In this document: positions 1 to 14,928 of the stretch, piece by piece
How positions within the stretch are numbered: position 1 is the first letter of the stretch
Layout of the letters: each line of letters starts with the position of its first letter
Source: Blastocystis sp. Blastoise
Lineage: Eukaryota > Protista > Bigyra: Opalinata
Length of the DNA stretch: 64,000 nucleotides
Assembly: GCA_039096225.1 (NCBI GenBank)
Contig: JBBPEB010000015.1
Span: 2,046,001-2,110,000, forward strand
Direction of reading: 5' to 3'
The notes under the pieces: generated by a model
Seen by the model: only the letters and a program-made list of their open reading frames with translations
Database searches by the model: none
Told to the model about the DNA's origin: nothing
Position numbers and translations under genes: made by a program

Positions 1-970
1 TTATTATTCATATTATAATTATTATATTTGTTATCATTAGTATAATTATTATTAGTATATTGAGGACTAAAAGTAGTACTAGGAGGAGGTGACCATCGTG
101 ATGAATGTACATATGGTGAATTTCTATTAATAGTAGTATAGTTATTTATATTCATAGTATTATTAGAGGGTTTTTGTTTAGTAGAAGTATTATTTGTATT
201 TAGAGTAAAAGAGGTATCTGAAGAATGGCTACTATATGCAGATAATGTTGGCGACATTAATTTTGAATAATGATAACTAAATACTGATTTTGAACCATCT
301 AATGTTTCTTTTACACTATCATTAAATGAATTATATGTATCTTTCTTGGTATGTTGATAATTCTGATTAGGAATAGAATTAATAGAATAATCACGTTTAC
401 TAGTCATACTATTTGGAGAGAATTGATTTGATAACATAGGTGCCATTTGTTGTTTATATATAGTATTTGGACTACTATTAGTAGAAGAGGAATGATAATA
501 GGTTTGACTACTTGTATAATTATATGTATTTTTAGTTTTATTATCATAAGAAGATTGAAAATGTTCAGGAGATGAAGAAGAAGCAATAGTATGAGACGAT
601 AGAACAGGTATATTTCCTTTAGGAGTAATTTTATTCGAAATACTAGATTTTGAGATAAAATGATTCTCTGGAGTAGAATCAGTAGAAGAAGGAACACTTG
701 AGGGTGTACTAGAAGGAACACTACTTGAACCACTATTATATAAATTATTATTTATAGAATTACGTTTATTAGAATTATTTTTAGAAACAGTATTTGTATT
801 CATAAATAAAGTAGAAACTACTGTAGCACTTTTTACACTATTCTTAAACATATTTCGTGATGATATATTTCCTTTTTTCGAGTAAAAAGGAGATTGTAAT
901 GAAGTATTCTTTATGGCAGGAGGTGAATCATATTGGCTTGATGGAGATGAGAAAACACTATTATTAGGTA

Positions 971-1037
<67 letters not shown>

Positions 1038-1165
1038 TGGAAGCTTATTTCCACTTAAACTCTCTGGACTACAATTAGAAAATGGAGAATCCGAATCTGC
1101 GAGAGAAAGTGGAGGATAGGAAGGGATAGGAAGAGGAGGAGTGAAAGTATTACTATTATTAGCAA

Positions 1166-1264
<99 letters not shown>

Positions 1265-1699
1265 TCTTATTTATAGAATAAACAGAGGTTATACTTTGCA
1301 TAGAATTCTTTCGTGGATTGTGAGAAAAATTAGTAGTAGATTCAGAATCCGAAATAGTTATTTTCCGTGGGAATAAATAGGATGGAGGTTGTACTTCAGG
1401 AAGTGGCCTTAAATGAAGAACATTCTTCTCCCAATCAGGAGTAGTATATTTCTTATCTGATTTCTTAGAATCTGCTGTATAAATAACATTTGGAGATGGC
1501 TTTGAATTCCATCTATTTGGAATAGGAGGATTATATACAGATTGTTCTTTAGGAGATAAAGACTCAATATTTTCTTTATTGATTACCATATTATTATTAT
1601 TATACTCATTATTATTATACTCATTATTATTAAAAATATTATTATTATTATTATACTTATTATTATATTTATTATTACTATTATTACTACCATCATTAC

Positions 1700-1735
<36 letters not shown>

Positions 1736-3941
1736 CATTTTCTTCCTCTTCCTCTTCCTCTTCTTCTTCTTCTTCACTATCAGTAGAAGGAGTAGATAAT
1801 TCTGGATTTAAATATTCAGAGAGTTCTAATTGTAACGCAGGATCTGCCACAATCTGAGGATATGCTTTTGTTGTTGGTCTATATAAATATGATATAAATA
1901 TAAATATAAATATAAATAAAAATAAAAATAAAAATAAAAATAAAAATAAAAATAAAAATAACAATAACAATAACAATAAAAATAGAAATAAAAAAATAAA
2001 ATAAAATAAAAATAAAATAAATATAAAAATATATTCACTGACTAATTAAACAAATATGAATTAAAAAAAAAATAATAGTAAAGTAATATTCTATATTAAT
2101 GAAAAGAAATGAAATATATACTTATATCGTTCTTGTTTCGTTTTTTTATGTTTCCCACAACAACAAAGACAAATACTTAGTATTAATACAAAAAGAATAA
2201 TTCCACCTATAATAAAATACATTAAATAATAATTTTCTAAAGAATTAATAATTTCAAATGTAAAAGAACAAGAACCTTGAGAATTGACTACTTCGATAAT
2301 AATATGATCACGATATATAATATCACTATGAATTGTATAATTATTAATTAATTGAAAATAATTATATTTTTGATTAATATATATAGCTGTAACAATTCCA
2401 GTATAATTAAAAGTTACAGTATATCCTTTAGAATCTGATATAATTTCAAGTTCTTCTTCACATACAGGTTTTTGTAATATACAATAAGTAATATTTGTAG
2501 TCCATTGTTTATTCATACAATAAGAATCATAATTACCTATATAATAAGAAGGACATTGTCTTACTTGCATTTGACCATTTATTCCTGGATATATATTAAG
2601 TAGAGGAGTTGACGGACATAATAATGGTTGATTAATAGTTAATAAATGAATAGATTGTATTAATGGTGAATTATAATATTCATAGGGATAATCAGAATGG
2701 CCATAAATTATACGAATTATTAATATATAATATGTATATCCGTTATATATAGTTGCAGGAAAATATCGTTTATTTATTCCTGTTTGTAAATAATTACTTG
2801 CTATTTTTTCTTTATATATTTCTACATAATATATACCATCTTGACTACCTTGTATAGTAATATGATATTCTAATGGCTTTGAACCTTTTCTATATTCTAT
2901 ACTATATCCATTAACTTCTGTATTCTCATTAAATGGCATATGATATGAATAATATTCTAAAACATATTCTGTTTTTAAGGAACTTGTTTCTGCTAATCGA
3001 GAGACTAATTTCATTGGATAATCTGATCGGTAATAAGATACTTCAACATCTATAGAGTTAAAAAGAGAATAAATAAGAGAAAAAATTATTATTATTTGAA
3101 TTATTTTTGAATAATAATAAATATAATAAACTAATAAATATAATAATAAATATAATAAAATAATAATAATAATAATAATAATAAATATAATAATAATATA
3201 TATATATAATACTATCGGGTATATTTTCATAAAGAGTATATTTCATTTGATCAAAGGATAAAGTATAATGATTTGAATTCGAAATAAATGTATATAATTG
3301 ACAAGAAGAAGATTGTATATATCGTTCTATATATATAGAAGCAGTTCTTATTATACATTCAGTATTCTTTATATCTTTATTACGTGTATCTTTAAATATA
3401 ATTAATTTATTCATATATATAGTAATAGAATCACATAATGGATATTGTATATATAATATTCTATAATTATTTCCTTGTGTTTCTACTCGTAGAGATAATG
3501 TAAATGATTGACGTATATATATATATTGAGAAGAAGTCGGAACAGAAGATAAAGATAAAGTTCGCCATGAAATAGAATCCCATTTTGTGGGTGGAATCGC
3601 ATATTTAGTTGAATGCAAAGAATGTTTTATAGGAAAAGTAGTAGAAGAAGATTCTGTTTCATTTTTAATATATGTATTAATATATGTATTAATATATGTA
3701 TTAATATATGTATGATTATGAATAATATTCCGTAGTTTATGTTTATATTCATGAATCATTTTGTTTAGAGTTACATAATTAATTAAATACCATTTATCAT
3801 CTAGTGGTATATCTGTATTATATACAGTAATAGAAGTAGAAGACATCAATAAGGAATCAACTATATTAATAGAGTATAAAATAGTATATAATGTATAATT
3901 GATTATATAAAGATATTTTAATTTAAAATATTATTAAGAAA

Positions 3942-4027
<86 letters not shown>

Positions 4028-7000
4028 AGGAGGGATGAGAGTGACTGAATTAGTCTGATAATCACTTTCAGAAGGTATATATGTAAAAGGTCGAATAAGA
4101 GCCGGTCCTTCGAAATAGAGGAATGTATCGTTATGGCGAGACGGATTGGTGAGAACTATAGTCATATAATATAAGAATACAAATATAATAAATATTAAGA
4201 TAAATAATAAATATAACATAATAATATAATAATAAATAAATAATAATAAATAAAAAATAATAAATAATAAATAATAAATAATAAAATAATAAAATAATAA
4301 ATAATAAATAATAAATAATAAATAATAAATAATATAAATAATAAAATAATAAAATAATAAAATAATAAAATAATAAAATAATAAAATAATAAAGAATAGC
4401 ATACCAAAAGATTCTTTATCAAAACTTAATTTACTATTAAATATTTGTTTTGATGTATATAAAGAACGAACACGTGAGTTCTTTTTAATTCGATCATCTT
4501 GTCCAATAACCGTGAATATACTGGTATCTCCATTAAATACATTAGACCATATACATTTATTTATATGTATTGTATTCGTATTATTAATATAATATACATT
4601 TAATAAGAAATTAATTTGTTTTTCTTCATATGCATATGCTAAGAATGAATATTGTTGCATAGAATTAGAAGAAAACATTCCTTGAATTGTATTCGTCATG
4701 GTTTGAATAGATATTGTATCTGGTAATATAATACCTCCATTTCTATGTATATATCGATATTCAAAAGGATATAATCCTGAAGTAAGTGGAATAGATTCTT
4801 CTTCATAACCATAATATAAAGTAATATCTTGATTAACAGGAGTAGAGAGAGATGTATACATATGATATGTATATAGAGACATATAAAACAAAGAAAATGG
4901 AGATGAAGGACAATTTATTGATGCTAAAAATATGATATATATATATATATTATAATGAAGTATTGATATATAATAACAAAAAAAAAATAAAAATAAAAAC
5001 TAAATAAATATACAAATATAAATATAAATATATACTAATGAATTTAAAGATCCATGCATCAATATGTAATATAGGAATAATAAACGACAATTCATGTTTA
5101 TAAATATTTTTATTTTCTAAAATAAATTCTTGAAATGGTGTTGATTGACCGTTATAAGAATAGAGGGTTTGTAACGTATATGTACATGCTGAAGGAATAG
5201 AAGAATAAGCATAAACAAGAGTCATATAATTTATATATAATGTACTATGGAATATAAAATTTAATGAATTTAGTTATAAATAATAATAAATAGAATAATA
5301 AATAGAATAATAATAGAATAATAAATATAATAATAAACATAATAAAATATAATAATAAATATAATAATAATATAATAATAAATAGAATAAATAGAATAAT
5401 AATAGAATAATAATAGAATAATAAATATAATAATAAATAGAATAAATAGAATAAACATAATATATCTATATACGAGAAATGTTTATTTATCCAATGATAT
5501 TCAAAGTTACCCGTATATACTTTAGAATCAGTATATATAGAGGAATGAATAGAAGTAGGAGATATAATACCATGAGGAGAAGAAGAAGGATACATAATAA
5601 TAGGAGAAATAGACTCAGTAACTTGATTATTTAGTGTATAAATAGACGAGGAAGAAGAGAAGGAATTATTATGAATTCCCGTGGGAATATGTGTTTCTTG
5701 ATTTATAGAAGAAGATGAAAGATTTGAGTTTGTAGCTACAGTAACAATATTATAGAGGACAGAGAAATCCATAAATAAATGACAAGATGTATGACCATAG
5801 GGAAGAACAATAAAGCGGAAATCAGGCAGGCTGAAAGACTCTGAATCTAAATTTACAAATGCAATTGAAAAATCACTTAATTGAGTTGAAGAAATATATT
5901 GAATACGATAAGAAGTACTATATATATTTATATATATTGTAAATTTTTATGTATATATAATATAAATATATAATATATATAATATAAATATATAATATAA
6001 ATAATATAAATATATAATATAACTATATATATAGCAGCATTGTTTTGTATAATAATAATAATAATAAAATATATATTAATAGTAAATAATTATACCTATT
6101 ATTATCTTCATTATATAAATAAGGATTATATATAAGTTGATGATTCACATAAATAATAAATTTAGTAGTCGTTTCTGTAGAGAGAATAAGAAAATCATGT
6201 TCTTTACTATAATCCCAGTCATGTTCGTACATATTATGAATAGTATTTGTAACTATATAACTTGCATGAAATGTATCTTTTGTAATGATATCCCCGTGGG
6301 AAACAGGTGTATAACTCGAGATTTGAGGAGAAAATACTTCGGGGATAGGGTTAAACTGATCTACTGCAATAGAAGCATAGGAAAATGAACTAATGTAGTT
6401 TGAAACTATATATGTATATATAAGTAGGATTCTATATGAGTATCCAAAAGATAATAGTATATATAGAAGAAGAAAAGTATATATAAATATATATGTATAT
6501 ACATGAGAAATCTAAATAAACAGGTGATGAAGGATAGAATTCCCCGCGGTAATATGTCATAGAATCATAGATAATTTCAAATAATATATATATATCATCA
6601 TCAGCTTCAGGATATTCTTTTCTATATATATATATATATATATATAATAAATAATAAATAATAAATAATATATAATAAATAATAAATAATAAATAATATA
6701 TATATAATAAATATAATAATAAAAACAAAAAAAATCTAATTTACTTGATTATTTTCTGAATTCTGATGAATTGTTCTGAAATACAAAAACAGTGTTTCGT
6801 ATTACTATGTTGAGTGGTGATAGGAATATTTCCAATAATAGTACCTAGTTGTGTATATAGTTGAAGATAATGTGTATTATAATGTCCTTCTAATATATGA
6901 ATACATGCAACATGTTCTTCAGAAGAACAAGATTGACAATTTATTTGTATATATGTATTTATAGGATTATTATCACCTGTTCTAGTAACATAAAAATTAG

Positions 7001-8841
7001 TATTCATATTGTAAGAACAATCTACTAATAAAGCACCTGTATCTTCTATTAATGTTATTCCTTGTATAGGATTAACCATAGAATAAGTTATAGAAGTACC
7101 ACCATGTATTGTTGGATATAAATAATAAATACTATTTGTTATATATCCTTCAGAAGGAGATACATACTGAAATATATGTATTTTCGAAGTAGAACAACTA
7201 TGAAATATAATCTCACTTATACATATAGTAGTATAAGAAGAAGAAGAAGAGTTTTCATTAGTAAATAAATGAAATCGATAATATTGATAACTTTTTATAT
7301 TTGAAGATAATATATATTCATTCTTATTATTAAACCAAGTATATTGATCATATCGAACATCTAAATAATCCCAGTCAACTTGATTATTACTTCCCGCCAA
7401 AATCCATTGGTGGGGAGAACTATCTACATTATTACATGCAACTATAGTATAATTACTAACATATTCGATTCTATAAATAGGATAATTATAGATAAATAAT
7501 TGAAATATAGAATTAATTAAATTATATATATATGTGTTAACAAAATAAATATATATACGCATTTGCGTCAATAATAATATAAGCTGAAGAATTTGCAATT
7601 AATTGAATTTGAAAAGATGTATCTAAAGTTGCATCAATAATATGTGTTAAATCGTTTTCATTAAGAATAGAAGAAGAAGGAGTATTAATAGTAATATCTG
7701 CGACACAAGGAAATATAGAACGACAATTAGTAAGAGGAGATATACCAAAGGAAATAGAAAAGAAAGAAGAAGAAGACATATCATGTATATGAATAAATAT
7801 ACGATTTCGAAGATTATAATGAAATAAACTACCTACAAGTCTAGAGATAAGAATATATATATATATATAGTATTATTATTATATATAATAATATATAAAA
7901 TAGAATAATATTAAAAAACGTTTTATTTGTAAAATAATAATATATAAAAATATAGAATACTAATAAATAAACACAATAAATATAATAAACAAAATTTAAT
8001 AATAAATATAATAAACAAAGTTTAATAATAAATATAATAAACAAAACTAATAATAAATATAATAAATATAATAAACAAAATTTTATAATAAATATAATAA
8101 ACAAAATAATACTCTTTGAATGTAGGTTGAGTAGTAGTTGTTCTTGTTAATATAGGAGTACCATCAATATATATAGTATAAAAGAAATTGGTATTCATAC
8201 TCATTACAAATAAGCCATTATTAAATACATAGTCAGTTATAATAAGTGTATATCTTAAATAATAATTCTATATAACAATATTATAAATAATTAATATATA
8301 AATATACTTTATTACCGCGCATACTTCGAATATCTTTATTTTTATTCCAATGTGATTCATCGTTATCTGTAAGCCATATATCTGTTTGTAGATCAGATAT
8401 ATAATATTCATCTGCATATGATGAAGATATAATCCAATCATCACCTTTAAATCCAACTACATTTGAATAATATGGTTGCATATCTGATCTTTGTATCAAG
8501 CAAGATATCAGTCTTTTCTCAACATAGACAGCAATATATGTATCAATATTCCAATCAAGATCATAATAAGAAGAAGTCTTAATCAATGTAGATGACGTAG
8601 TTAGATTCTTGACAGTCAAGTCACCTGAATCTACATCACTACATACTTTATCATTTGAGAGAAATCCAGTATCATCATAGTAGTTAATCAAAGCATATTC
8701 TAAAGATGATCTTGTTGAATAATATTTTGCTAGGGTGAATCTCATATCTGGAAGTGCAGTTGGATTTGGACTATTCATGAAGCGAGTTTCTCCAAATACA
8801 TTGAAGAAGAACAATAGAATCAACAAAATTATCTTTTTCAT
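1..8841 (-). CDS. Large multi-exon type-I membrane/surface protein: signal peptide, discoidin-like and Cys-containing extracellular segments, one TM helix, long Ser/Pro/Asn-rich cytoplasmic tail; 3' end runs off the window
   Basis: ATG 8841 gives MKKIILLILLFFFNVFG. About 11 GT-AG introns join ORFs 8281-8841, 6741-7598, 3923-4891, 3058-3849 and 2091-3230. QWILAGSNNQVDWDYLD..YQYYRF is discoidin-like. TM segment FIIGGIILFVLILSICLCCCGKHKK lies near 2140-2220. The last exon (1878 to 1) showed no stop where I checked it. That all exons form one gene is an inference. Confidence 0.65.
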
Positions 8842-9396
8842 TGAAGTTCTGATACTTTATAACAAAGTATATATATTACACACTTTCAATAAATAAAGTT
8901 TATTCTTTTGAACTTATTGTTGTTGATTGAAAAATGACTTTAAAATAAAATGAAAAGAAAAAATTAATTTCGACTTTGAAAAGAGAAATAACCATGGTTA
9001 TTATTCTAATCATGAGTTTGAAAAAGAAAAAACAGATTTGTTATTTTGTATTTGAATTATTATGAAAATTTCGGCTAGTTTTCATTCTTTTTCATTTTGA
9101 ACTAAACATTCAAAGAAAAGAGAACTTCAGTTCTTTATATATAGAGTAGATCCTATTTATTTGTTATTTAATATATATATCTATATGTATATATTTGAAA
9201 ACAGGATCTTAATTTAAAGTATAAAATAAGGTGTCGAAGAGAAACTATATATCAAAAGAATAAATACACTTTAAACAACAGAACTCAATAAGAATTCCTT
9301 AAACGATAAAAAAAAATAGTACTAAACATAACGAAAAACATTCAAAAGTTATAAAAATATATTGTTATATATATATGTATGATTTGGTTATTCAAA

Positions 9397-9919
9397 TTAA
9401 AAATCAGTACATCTTCCTTTTCTTTCCCAATCTCCAAAACGAGTTGGTTCAGCACCTTCTAAGCAACCACGTGGAGGATTCCATTCACCTGTTTTAGGAT
9501 CTTTCATTTCTACCCATTCATCATCTTCTAAATCAAATATATAATCTTTTTCTTTATCTTTTAAAAAATCAGCTTTAGCTTTTTCTCTACCTTTGCGTTC
9601 TGCTTCTTCAGCTATTTCCTTTAACTATAAAATGGAATCGTAATAAGAAAATTATTTTATTTAAATTATGATACACTTAATCATATACTCTTTTTTGAGC
9701 AGCAGCTTTCTTTTTGCCTACATCTGTACTGACAAAGTCATCATCCTATAAGATATAAACATAAGATATACAACACTTGATAGGAGGAACTAAAAACATA
9801 TAAAATACATTAGTTTCAGGTTCAGTAACAAGTGATTTGTAGAATGAAGTGGTATTTCTTACAGCAAGAATAGATGTCTTGCCATTATGAATGGCAACAG
9901 AGTATATTCTTGATAACAT
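9397..9919 (-). CDS. SDHAF4: Succinate dehydrogenase assembly factor 4 (DUF1674), 3 exons, likely mitochondrial/MRO targeting peptide
   Basis: C-terminus GEWNPPRGCLEGAEPTRFGDWERKGRCTDF* matches the family signature EPTRYGDWERKGR; N-terminus MLSRIYSV. Confidence 0.9.
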
Positions 9920-10333
9920 TATATTTGGATATTATGGTATAATAAAAATATTCTAAATTATAGAAATAAAAAGAAGAAACGAATATGTCGTATTCCCATG
10001 AAATTATGTAGAAGAAGCCGTGAAATTTTGATTCAATTCATTTTCAATTGTTCGCAATACTTTTTCTATGATAAAGAAAAAGAAAGATCCTTCTTCGTAT
10101 ATTTTAGAGGTTTGTGATATGTATGATATAAGTGAAATGTGTGGAAGGGTGATTTCGAAAAGAAAATATAATTGAGATGGGTGTAGTTGAAGTGTTGTTT
10201 ATGATATAAATATTTTAAAAAGGAATAAATTCAACAAACTAGAAATAAGATTAACAATTTAAAAAAGCAATTAATAAAGGATAAATAAAAAAAATGTGAA
10301 TTTAATTAACAATAGTTAACATATAAATGATGA

Positions 10334-11174
10334 TTATACTTGAGAAGGAGAATCAGGTGTTTCAGTAGTAGAAGTAGATGCAGAAGAATCAGAGTCAGAT
10401 TCAGATTGTTCTCCAATTTCTTCAGCAACAGTTTCAAGATTTTTGCTATACATACGAGGGAAGAGTGTATCTAATTGTTCTATATAAATAGCACGTTAAA
10501 TAATAATAATAAGGAATTCTATATCTATATATAAGAAAATCTATATACCTGTTATGCATCGAACAATATCAACTCTATGAGAATTAACACCTATTGACTA
10601 TAAATATAATATATATATAGATTATAATAGAATGAAGAAAACAACATAAACAAGAATAGAAATAGTAAAAATATTATATATATATATGGATTATAATAGA
10701 ATGAAGAAAACAAAAAAACAATGAATAGAAATAGTAAAAAAAAATTATTATAATTATTTAGAGAATATACTTTAAGATATTCATAAAAAGCATCACGATG
10801 TTCTTGACAAGTCATGCCAGTTTTATATAAGGAAAGAGCCTTACCAATCAATTGAAAAGTATTGGTAATCTATAGAAGACATAATGACTATTTTTTGTTC
10901 TTTTGTTGTAAATAAAATATTTTTAAGCAATATATATACAAGAAAATAGAAAATAACTTTAATAATAAAAAAATATATTAATAAAAAAATATATTTAAAA
11001 AAAAATAAAAAAGAAAAAATTATATACCGCATCTGGTCCTTCAGCAAGTTTTTGAATACCAACGGTACCAATTCCAGGGACAGTAGTAATAGATGGTTCA
11101 ACGTCACCCGTGATGTAACTAATAAGAGTTTCATTATTTATAGTAGATTTCTGTGCGTTATATAAGTTTGACAT
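10334..11174 (-). CDS. Barrier-to-autointegration factor (BAF)-like DNA-binding protein with acidic/Ser tail, 4 exons
   Basis: Spliced product ITTVPGIGTVGIQKLAEGPDAITNTFQLIGKALSL..FYEYLKSIGVNSHRVDIVRCITEQLDTLFP follows the BAF helix-hairpin-helix pattern (AGIG..LG.FL..F.EWLK). Confidence 0.7.
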
Positions 11175-11688
11175 GTTAGAATAATTCAAAAGAAGAGTAT
11201 CTGTAAGTATTTATCTTTTATGAAAGAATAATAAATTCAAATTTTGTAAACTCTATCAAAAATAGATTCTTTTTCTGAATTCATCCAATTAACCAGGTTT
11301 ATTATTAAAAAACAACTAGTAAACTGGATGTTTTTCATGATTATATCTTTTGGATACAGTTCAAAAGAACATTCGTTAATTCATTAAACAAATAAAAAAC
11401 TGAAGTATTTTAAGAATAAATAAGTAAAAATTTGTTTTTCCTTTTTCTTAATAGAAAATTCAGAAAAAAAGTGCATTGTTCTGTGTATTAGACAAAAAAA
11501 TGAGAAGAAATTTTTACTTCAATAAAAAATATGGCTTATTTCATTTTTTTGCTAGAAAAATAGAAATTTCTATGAAAGTATATGGAAATTATTTTTAATT
11601 AAATTGAGTAGAGAAGTTCATTGTGTTTCTATTCTGAGGTCTCAGAAATACGTTGTTGAGTTTGAATAACTGAATTTATGAAATAACA

Positions 11689-12344
11689 ATGAATACTTAT
11701 AAAGTTGATTGGGATTATTTAGATATTCTATTTACCAGACTCTCTAAGGAAGAGTTTATATATGTAGCAAGTATGAATTAAATAGTTTGAATATTAAAAT
11801 ATTAAAAAAATAATAGATCAAATGCATGTTCCGTTAGAAGATTCTATGATTCGTGTTGAGTGGATTCAAAAAGCAAAAGCATTATATGTATATATATGTA
11901 TAACTAGTGTTTATTGAATTGATATTATGATATAATTATAAAATCTTTTATTTAGCCTGATGGACTGACGTTGGATCAAATAGCTGGATTGGAAATAGAT
12001 CGTATGTTATAGTTTAGTAGTTATTTAATTGATTGCTTATTCAATATAAGTTTTAATTTATATTTTTTTTCTCTCATTTAGATGTTCAGAAGAATATGAA
12101 TAAAAAGAATTGGTATGCTTATAAATTAAATGATTCGATAAGTTCAAGCAAACCAATTATTGATTCTGAGTATGTTATAGTTCGTTTTATTTATTAATTA
12201 TATATAAATATTATAGGTATATTCGTTATTGTATTCAAAATGAATTAATTATGTTTTTTAACGTGGTATATATATATATGTTAATTCAATCCTTTATATT
12301 AAATAATATATATATATATGAACTATTTAATTATTTATTAAATT

Positions 12345-12378
<34 letters not shown>

Positions 12379-12791
12379 CATACTTATGTATGTTGGTATG
12401 AAGACGCATTATGGATACGACTTTCTTTCTTTGAAAATGACACCGGGAAAGTCTCTTATATACCTCAAGGAAATGACTCTATATATATTGTATATATTAT
12501 TATGATTATGATTATTTTATTATTATTAACTTTGTTTTTGATAGATATAGTCGTTTTTTATTAATATTTTTTATATAATTATATAAATGATTTTTTATTT
12601 TGTATTTTTTATTTGTTTTTTTTTTCATATATATATATATATATATAGACACATATAGTAGGAAGTGATTTGATATTAAGTACAGAAATAAAAGAAGGAT
12701 ATAAACAATATATAGATCAATGTATATGTCTTGCTTTAGGGAGAAAATCGATGAATTTTGTTCAATTATCAGGCAATGATATTCGTATATT

Positions 12792-12867
<76 letters not shown>

Positions 12868-13736
12868 GAATCATTAGTTAATTTGATAAATAATAAGAAA
12901 TGTGCTGGTGGTTTGTCAAGGTATATATATATAGAAATATCTTTATATAATAATAATTATTATAATAATTATATATATAGTTATAAGAATCAATATATGG
13001 AATCTCCGCCACTTGTCACAAAAGTAAAACATCATAATACTACTATACCAAATAATGTATGTATTTATAACATATATATATATATAGCATATATAATATA
13101 TATATACATATACATAGTCATCAACAGTTATTATGGAAGATACGTCCGTTATATCAAATAATATAAAGAAAAGTAATTATATATTTGGTGAGGGAATTCC
13201 TGATTCTATTCAATCTATAAAATTCAATGTATATATTTATATATATACAAGTGTTATTTATTATAAATATTTTATTGTTCTATTATGTATATATCAAATA
13301 GATTTATTATATATATATATATTCTTTATATAATATATTATATTTTAAATATATATATATAGATCCATTCACATGTTCCTGAAGAAGAATCGAATGAATA
13401 TGTTTCGATGGAAATCTCTATGAAAGGAAAAAAAGTATTACTATTAATAATATATATATATATATTATTCCATATATTTTTAATCAATATTTATTTATTA
13501 TGTTTCTTTATATATATAGTATATTAAATGGATTAAAAGAATTTATATCACAAGGCTATGTTTCTGATCTTCCACAATTTGTATATTTATATATATTCGT
13601 TTTCTTTCAAATATACATATCATTTTATTTATATATATATATCTTTAAAAGAATTTTAAATCATTATTATTTACTATAGTTAAAAGATATTCCTGCAAAT
13701 CCATCCAATCAATATACAATCAACTCATTACCATAG
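11689..13736 (+). CDS. Centromere protein N (CENP-N/Chl4)-like kinetochore subunit, about 12 exons
   Basis: Spliced motifs KKNWYAYKL, YEDALWIRLSF (compare human ENAVWIRIAW) and C-terminal LNGLKEFISQGYVSDLPQFLKDIPANPSNQYTI appear in the order and spacing of CENP-N. Recognised by eye, no search run. Confidence 0.6.
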
Positions 13737-14928
13737 ACATCATTCTCTTTTTTATTTGTTCTTCTTCTTGTTTTGAATTCTTCTTTTTCTTTTTTAATTT
13801 TTGTGTTATTTTTGCTCTTTTCTATCGTTAATCTTCTTTTTTATTTTCAAAATAATCAGTGTCATCTATTTCATTGTATTTTGCTTAGTTTAAAAAACAT
13901 TTATACAAATAATTTGAAATTAGTTTTTGTTTTTAATCAATTTGAATAGTAATACCAATTCAACTCTATTATTAATTTAAAATTACATATATTCAAAGAC
14001 TTCATAGGTAAAACAAATAAATTTGCGTTCATATTGGTGACTCCAAATAACTTGAATCACTAGATAATGTACTGAAACGATCGCGCTAGCATATACATAC
14101 AATATTCCATATTTCTTTAATGAATAAACATGAATATTACCTTAAAATAAGGATAGAATAATGTATTTAATTTCTGTGTCATTTTTCTTTGGATTTTGTT
14201 TCTTCTACATCACCTGCGTTAACTATCAAACTTCCATTATGAATATTCTATTCAACATCCTAACCATTCTTTATCTATTTTTATTTACTCTATTTATACT
14301 TTATCTCTAAACATTAGTTTTTATTAATTAAACATTATAAAACATAAAAAAATGATAATTGATTTCAAATTAGTGATTGCGAAAAACGTGACTAACGATG
14401 AACACTATGCTTCCTCAAGTAAATACTCTGTGTGATCATGACAAAAACACTTTAAGAATTGAAGTCGGAGAACAAATGTTCGGTTTCATTAAAGACAATT
14501 TAAAAAAAAATATCAAACACAATATATGTGAATACACTTAAAAATAGATAAAATAAAGTTATAACGATATGACACTATCACTTTCATTATTAAAAAACAC
14601 AACATATCTAAAAGATATAAAAAACAAATGAAAAATTGAAAACAGTCCAATATTGACCTATAAAACACATATGCTTTTCGAATAAATCATTGATTTGAGG
14701 TATATACACTATGACTGTCATCCCTATATTATGTATTTTCTTCTAAAGAAGCAAAACAAAAGTAAAAAATATATATATAGAAAAAAAGTAAACACTAAAC
14801 ACAAACAATAATAAAAGTCGTGAAATTTATCGGAAAAGTTCGGAGAATTACAAGATCCCCGTGGAAGAGAGTGAGGCAGATGTTTTTTTTTCCTTGTTTA
14901 ATTTAATTTGAACAATAACAACACAACA

